A stretch of 64,000 nt of DNA from an uncultured Methylomirabilota bacterium. GTDB lineage: Bacteria; Methylomirabilota; Methylomirabilia; Methylomirabilales; 2-02-FULL-66-22. The notes beneath the pieces were generated by a model. It searched no databases. It worked only from the letters and a program-made list of their open reading frames with translations, and had not been told where the DNA came from. Below, piece by piece: positions 58,715 to 64,000 of the stretch. The translations under genes were made by a program, and so were the position numbers. Within the stretch, counting starts at the first letter, position 1; every line of letters begins with the position of its first letter. Location of the stretch: NCBI GenBank assembly GCA_963845565.1, contig CAWJSJ010000005.1, positions 288,001 to 352,000 on the forward strand. Direction: 5' to 3'.

Positions 58715-58800
58715 AGATTCGCCGGCAACTGCTGAGCTTGCTGGTAAACGGCGGGCGGTGCTCCGGAGGGCCGCCGCCGCAGGGGGCCGGCGCGGGCTGG
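58715..58800 (+). repeat. Dispersed repeat, copy 1
   Basis: agattcgccggcaactgctgag...gctggt...cggagggc...ggggcc...gcgggc shared with 62074..62160. Confidence 0.7.
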
Positions 58801-58873
58801 TTGAAGCGTGAAGGGGACAACACCATTCCCTGCATTCCCAAATAGGAACCGCGCAATCCCCCAGGAGGAACCC

Positions 58874-59794
58874 ATGACACGAAAGCCCCTGAAAGGCCCT
58901 TTCCCATTGATGCCCTTTGTCGTGCACGCGAACGGGGAGCTGGATTTGAAGGGGCTCAAGCATAACATCGGGCTCTATGAAAAAGCTGGGGTGCCCGGCT
59001 ATATTGTCTTTGGCTGCATGGGGGAATGCTACGCCCCCAGTTTTGACGAGTTCTGCCGGGTGGTGGATACGGCCATGGAAACGACCAAAGGGATGGCGGT
59101 GGTCGTCGGAGTGACCTATCACAACACCGGAGAATGTGTGCGGCGGGCCCAATATGCCGACAAGGCCGGGGCGGATGGGGTGATGGCCGGCCCCCCGTAT
59201 TTGATCCCGTGTAGCAACGAGGCGGCAGTCGCCCACTATCGGAGACTCAACGACGCCGTGGGCACCCTGCAGATTCTGGTCTACAACAACCCCGCGTCGT
59301 TCCATTTCAATATCACGCGGGCGCTTTGGGATAAGCTGATGACCTTAGACAATGTCAAGGCCGTCAAGGAGTCGAACGGCGATACCGGGCATCGCGCCAA
59401 TGTGATTGCCCACATTGCGCACCGCATCAACGTGTTTTCTGGCAGCGAGCATTGGTTCCTCGCCGATTCCCTGGTGGGCGCGAACAGCTTTGTGGGCATC
59501 GCGGCTCCGGGGGCGCTTGCCGCATCTCTGGCCTATTATGACGCATGCATGAAACGAGATCTGGCCACGGCGACTCCCTTCTACATCAAGTATAACGACC
59601 TCGTGACCGATATTACGGGCCAGAACGAAGTCGCCTGGCTGAAAGCATGCGCCGAGTCTGGTGGGTTGCGGGCGGGGCCGCCCCGACTCCCGTACCAGCC
59701 GCTGGATGTCACAATACGCCGGCGCCTGGAAAAGAAGTTGAAGGGCCTCCGGGGGTTGGCGACTAGCTACGGTCCTTCGACACCGACGCGGTGA
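58874..59794 (+). CDS. DapA/NAL-superfamily aldolase/lyase
   Basis: GCMGE, GADGVM, PPY, VYNNP, VKES (Schiff-base Lys); AGGAGG RBS. Confidence 0.88.
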   Translation: MTRKPLKGPFPLMPFVVHANGELDLKGLKHNIGLYEKAGVPGYIVFGCMGECYAPSFDEFCRVVDTAMETTKGMAVVVGVTYHNTGECVRRAQYADKAGADGVMAGPPYLIPCSNEAAVAHYRRLNDAVGTLQILVYNNPASFHFNITRALWDKLMTLDNVKAVKESNGDTGHRANVIAHIAHRINVFSGSEHWFLADSLVGANSFVGIAAPGALAASLAYYDACMKRDLATATPFYIKYNDLVTDITGQNEVAWLKACAESGGLRAGPPRLPYQPLDVTIRRRLEKKLKGLRGLATSYGPSTPTR

Positions 59795-59868
59795 GCCGTA
59801 TGATCTCTCCCGGAAGGGATCTCGCGTGATCCCCTGGACGGCGTGGTTGGACACGACAGGAGGAAGCG

Positions 59869-60756
59869 ATGCGACGGGACATCGAATTCGATGCTGAAGG
59901 AACGCGCTTGCGTGGTTGGCTCTTTCTGCCGGCGGCGCCCGCCGGTCGGGTGCCGGGCGTCGTGATGGCGCACGGCTTCACCGCGGTAAAGGAGATGTAC
60001 CTCGACAGGTACGCCGAGGTGTTCGCCGCCGCCGGCCTTGGGGTGGTCGTGTTCGACCATCGGAATTTCGGTGCCTCCGGTGGCGAACCCCGCGGCGAGA
60101 TCGACCCCTGGGCGCAGGTCCGCGACTACCGGCACGCCATCAGCTTCGCCCGGACCCTTCCGGAGCTTGACCCGGACCGCCTCGGGATCTGGGGTACCAG
60201 CTATAGCGGGGGGCACGTCCTGGTGGTCGGGGCGCTGGACCGGCGGGTGCGCTGCGTGGTCAGCCAGGTGCCGGCGATCAGCGGGTATCAGGCCGCGCTC
60301 CGCCGCGTACCGGCCGCGCAGGTTCCGGCTTTGCTGGAAGCCTTCGTGGCAGACCGGGAACGGCGCTTCCGCGGCGAGCCACCTGCCATGCGCGCGGTGT
60401 TGCCGCGGCAGCCCGGGGAGCCGGCGGTGTTCACCGGTGCGGATGCCATCGAATTCTTCCGCGAGGCCGCCCGCCGCGCGCCCACCTGGCCCGAGGAGAT
60501 CACGCTCCGTTCGGTGGAAATGGCGCGCGAGTACGAGCCGGCCGCCTACATCGCCCGCATCAGCCCCACCCCACTGCTGCTCGTCGCTGTCACCGACGAC
60601 GCCCTGACCGGCACGGACCTGACGCTGGAGGCCTACGAGCGGGCCCTGCAGCCCAAACACCTCGTGCTGATCCCGGGCGGGCACTTCGTTCCCTACGTCC
60701 AGGAGTTTCCGACCTCCAGCGGCGCCGCTCGGGACTGGTTCCTCCGCCATCTCTGA
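59869..60756 (+). CDS. Alpha/beta hydrolase (S15/CocE-like)
   Basis: AHGFT, FDHRNFGASGG, GTSYSG nucleophile elbow, GGHF. Confidence 0.9.
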   Translation: MRRDIEFDAEGTRLRGWLFLPAAPAGRVPGVVMAHGFTAVKEMYLDRYAEVFAAAGLGVVVFDHRNFGASGGEPRGEIDPWAQVRDYRHAISFARTLPELDPDRLGIWGTSYSGGHVLVVGALDRRVRCVVSQVPAISGYQAALRRVPAAQVPALLEAFVADRERRFRGEPPAMRAVLPRQPGEPAVFTGADAIEFFREAARRAPTWPEEITLRSVEMAREYEPAAYIARISPTPLLLVAVTDDALTGTDLTLEAYERALQPKHLVLIPGGHFVPYVQEFPTSSGAARDWFLRHL

Positions 60757-60964
60757 GCCTGCCGGTGTCGGGCCGCTGTCGCCCCTCGTGCGTGCATTGC
60801 GGGGCGGAGGCAACGGGGGGACGACTCAGTGCACTCCGCCGGCGATTCCCTTTCGGGACAAGCGCGACGCGATGGGTCTCCAGATCACAGTCTCCGTCGG
60901 CCGATGCCAGATCGCGCCTTCACGCGCCCATGCGTGGGGGCGCAACCTTCGTCGAGCCGCCGCG

Positions 60965-61360
60965 TCAGTCGATGAGTCTCAGCGTGCGAAGTTCCGCCAG
61001 GAGCTTTGCCTTCTGGATGGGTTTGACGAGGAAGCAGTCGCAGCGCTGTGCACGGGCCTGCAGGATATTGGCCTTGTCGGCTAGAGCGGTGGTCATGATG
61101 ATCTTCACGCGGCCCGGCCCGGCGATGCTGCTCGCCGCCTCCAGCCGCCGGATTTCCTGCAGTGCCGCCTGGCCGTCCATCTCCGGCATCATGATGTCCA
61201 GGCAGATCAGGTCGTACGGGGCGCCCGCCTCGAGTGCGGCGCGCACGGCGGCGACTGCCTCCGTGCCAGTGGCGGCGAGGTCGGACGGGCCATAGCTCTT
61301 CAGGAGTTCGTGCAAGAACCGGCGGCTGGTGACACTGTCGTCCGCAATGAGTGTCTTCAT
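60965..61360 (-). CDS. Single-domain response regulator (CheY-like)
   Basis: ADDS, LDIMMPEMDG, MTTA, VKP. Confidence 0.92.
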   Translation of the reverse strand: MKTLIADDSVTSRRFLHELLKSYGPSDLAATGTEAVAAVRAALEAGAPYDLICLDIMMPEMDGQAALQEIRRLEAASSIAGPGRVKIIMTTALADKANILQARAQRCDCFLVKPIQKAKLLAELRTLRLID

Positions 61361-61583
61361 GGTGTCCTTCGTTGGTGGTGGCACAGGGTTACGGGCTGTT
61401 GTCAGCGCGTGCATCAACCGGGCGAACCACGTTCCCTTCATCGGGCATTGCGTACGAATTGGCTTCCCGGACGTCCGCTAGGCCGCTGCGGAAAAAGACC
61501 TCGTGCGCTATACGCCACCACAATCCACCGCCCGGAGGGATCTTGCTGACCGGGCGGATGCGGCGAGAGCGACGAGGAGCGGG

Positions 61584-61931
61584 TTACCCGAGGGCAGGCG
61601 GAGCGCGCGGGGGGCGCGCCCGGCGGGATGGCGCGACCGCGGGGGCGGGTTTGGGACTCAGGCACAGGCCGAGCAGTGCGAGGATCGGGAAGAGCACCAG
61701 GGCGCCGGTGACGACGCTCGCGCCGGTGTCGTAGCTCCACTGGCACTCCACGCACCGGCGCGCGTCGAGGCCGCCTTGGAGATGGGTCAGATCATGGACC
61801 CCGACCAGGGTGGCGAGGAGGATGATCGCCCCGACTACCCCCCAGGCGCACATCCTCGGGGCGGCTTGCGTTGCCGAGTCCCCCGAAATGCGCGCTGCCC
61901 GGTGGCTGTACTGCACGAACGCAGTCCGCAT
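61584..61931 (-). CDS. Small membrane protein with His/CxxC and C-terminal RAPP (DUF2946-like leader)
   Basis: TM, HDLTH, CVEC, ...RARPPRAPPALG; true start may be downstream (MCAWG). Confidence 0.6.
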   Translation of the reverse strand: MRTAFVQYSHRAARISGDSATQAAPRMCAWGVVGAIILLATLVGVHDLTHLQGGLDARRCVECQWSYDTGASVVTGALVLFPILALLGLCLSPKPAPAVAPSRRARPPRAPPALG

Positions 61932-62073
61932 GGTTTCCCCATACCCTTCCGGCGCCGTATCTACACCTGGGCCGGTCCGCTGTCAAGTACGACACGCCGG
62001 ACATGGCAGATTCCACACCGGTTGTTGACGCCCAGGATGCGGGGTTGCCTACGTTCACTTACGGTGACCCTCT

Positions 62074-62160
62074 AGATTCGCCGGCAACTGCTGAGGTCGC
62101 TGGTGAACAGTGACGGATGTTTCGGAGGGCGGACGCGGTTCGGGGCCAGTGCGGGCCGAT
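62074..62160 (+). repeat. Dispersed repeat, copy 2
   Basis: Matches 58715..58800. Confidence 0.7.
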
Positions 62161-62279
62161 TGGCAGGTTAATGAAGGGAACGCCGTCCCCTGACTACCTT
62201 AGAACGCGATATTGAAGGTGTCCTTCGGAGCGACCGCCCCCCGCCACGGGAATTACCGGTCGGTCTGAAGCACGGCTCA

Positions 62280-62975
62280 TCACGACCGCGCCTTTGCGGG
62301 AGGGGAAGGCTTGCGAACGCCCGCGCGCTCCCACAGGCGAAACCCGCCGAGGAACGCATTGGCGTTGTCGCCTGCCCGGCACCCCGCAGGCAGCGTCTTC
62401 AGTTGCTTCACGTTGCCGCCCCCCAGGACCACATCGTCGGGTTCGAGGGCGGCGATCAGGCGCTCTATCAGCTCCACGACATGCTGCTCCCATCTCTTCC
62501 TGCCCATGCGCTTCAGCCCTCGTAATCCCACGTAGTCCTCGTAGGTTCTCCTCCTGCTCTTGTACGGAAGGTGGCCCAATTCCGCGGGCTCCACGACACC
62601 GTCCACGATCATGGTGGATCCGAGACCGGTTCCCAGGCCCAGAAAGAGCATCTTGCCGCGCTGGTAGCTCCCCAGGGCCTGCATGGCCGCGTCATTGATG
62701 ACTTTGACTGGGCGCCCGAATGCGGCCTGAAAGTTGAACCCGACCCAACCGGGTCCCAGGTTGAAAGGTTCCGAAACCGGCCGGCCCCCGAGGATCGGCC
62801 CGGGGTAGCCGATCGAGACCACGTCGTATTTCCAGTCCCCGGCGAGCTTCTTGACGCCGGCAACCATCCGTTTGGGCGTCAGCGTCGGTCCGGAGGGGAA
62901 CTTCCGCGGCTCGGCTTGCCCGGTGGCAAGGATCTTGACGTTGGTTCCGCCGATGTCGACAACCAGCACGTTCAT
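62280..62975 (-). CDS. ROK-family sugar kinase, polyphosphate glucokinase-like
   Basis: DIGGTNVK, GYPG, NDAAMQ, GLGTGLG, ELGH, GGGN; GGAGG RBS. Confidence 0.88.
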   Translation of the reverse strand: MNVLVVDIGGTNVKILATGQAEPRKFPSGPTLTPKRMVAGVKKLAGDWKYDVVSIGYPGPILGGRPVSEPFNLGPGWVGFNFQAAFGRPVKVINDAAMQALGSYQRGKMLFLGLGTGLGSTMIVDGVVEPAELGHLPYKSRRRTYEDYVGLRGLKRMGRKRWEQHVVELIERLIAALEPDDVVLGGGNVKQLKTLPAGCRAGDNANAFLGGFRLWERAGVRKPSPPAKARS

Positions 62976-63438
62976 GACGACACCTCCAAGGGCATCGAGA
63001 CGGGGTTGGCGGGGCATGGCGCGAACAGAGTAGCATAGGGAGTCACAGGATGCCGTCCCCTTTTTTCGTAGGCGGCTTGATCGCGGCGTCGGAGCAGCAA
63101 CTCATAAGGACTAGGCGGCGGCAGAAGTTGCCCAGCGTCGGAAAAGAGACGCGACCGTCCTTCACCTCGCAAAGCGGTGGAGCGAGGTGGGGGGCGGGAT
63201 TTTCCGCCACCGAAAGTGCCGATGGAGCCGCATCCCCACTGCGGAGGGAGCGATGAACTGAGGCGGGAGGCGGGTGGGTTCGGGCGGCCCAGCGGCCGCG
63301 CATCCGGTGCGGGGCACCGTGTGGCATGCGGTTTGCTCGACTTTCGGTCGTCTTGGGACGGGCGGTGGGTGATCCGTGCGCGTTCTCGCGTCTGACGCCT
63401 GGCATCTCCGCCCCCACCGGCTGTCGGAGGAGCCCGCC

Positions 63439-64000
63439 ATGCCCCACGAGATGACCAAGGTGCTGACCACCCCGGGCCACACACGTCCAGCGGTCGGGAG
63501 GGACGCATCCCCCAAGCACCTGAGGCTCAGATGCGCGGATTACGAGGCGGAACTGGCCAGGCTGCAAGTGGAACTGGTCAAGCTGCAGGAGTGGATCAAG
63601 AACAAGGGCTTGAAGGTCTTGGTGATCTTCGAGGGGCGGGACACTGCCGGCAAAGGCGGCACCATCAAGCGGATCATGGACCGACTGAATCCGCGGGTCG
63701 TCCGGGTGATGGCGCTGGGAACGCCCACCGAGCGGGAGAAGACGCAATGGTACTTTCAGCGCTACGTCGCGCATCTACCGGCCGGGGGCGAGATGGTGCT
63801 CTGCGACCGCAGTTGGTATAACCGAGCGCTGGTGGAGCGGGTCATGGGATTCTGCTCCGACGCGGAGTACCACGAGTTCCTGCGCGCCTGTCCCGAATTC
63901 GAACGCATGCTGAGGGGTGCGGGCATCCGGCTCATCAAATACTGGCTGTCGGTGAGTGACGAGGAGCAGGAACGACGATTCCACGCGCGGATCCACGACC
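63439..64000 (+). CDS. ppk2: Polyphosphate kinase 2, 3'-truncated by window edge
   Basis: LQVELVKLQ, FEGRDTAGKGG, TQWYFQRY, DRSWYNR; GGAGGAG RBS; not in ORF track because it has no stop in the window. Confidence 0.93.
   Translation, partial: MPHEMTKVLTTPGHTRPAVGRDASPKHLRLRCADYEAELARLQVELVKLQEWIKNKGLKVLVIFEGRDTAGKGGTIKRIMDRLNPRVVRVMALGTPTEREKTQWYFQRYVAHLPAGGEMVLCDRSWYNRALVERVMGFCSDAEYHEFLRACPEFERMLRGAGIRLIKYWLSVSDEEQERRFHARIHD

Overview
High-GC bacterial window, probably from a long-read metagenome assembly: about ten otherwise intact genes are split by single-base indels, often in homopolymers. The taxon cannot be determined from the sequence. The left ~34 kb is a phosphorus-scavenging island. 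It holds a 2-aminoethylphosphonate ABC transporter with phnX-phnW, a secreted metallophosphoesterase, a pstSCAB-like transporter coupled to two tandem phosphonoacetate-hydrolase (PhnA)-like genes, Ppx, MgsA, and an alkaline phosphatase/ABC cassette. A LacI/GH4 sugar-utilisation operon is embedded in it. Several of these units have 11-bp-phased Pho-box-like repeats upstream. The best candidate for an undescribed system is an operon at 21.3-26.7 kb behind one such box: a large protein with glutamine-synthetase/glutamate-cysteine-ligase-like motifs, a phosphatidylserine-decarboxylase homolog, a divergent Lgt-like membrane protein and a lipoprotein. It may be a phosphate-starvation lipid-remodelling pathway (inference). 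The 34.5-47.6 kb region is a Mo/W module: ModE, a diheme protein, AOR, an acylating aldehyde dehydrogenase, GntR, two TupA, TupBC, Mop and Mrp. The rest contains bactofilin, pdhABC, an unknown beta-barrel pair, an aldo-keto reductase, a cupin, SpeD, a DapA-like aldolase, a hydrolase, a response regulator preceded by a CxxC/RAPP leader-like ORF, a ROK/polyphosphate glucokinase and the start of ppk2. MITE-like elements, a 254-bp gene-fragment duplication and short tandem repeats are present. No rRNA, tRNA or CRISPR array was recognised. All family calls come from motif recognition by eye, not database searches.
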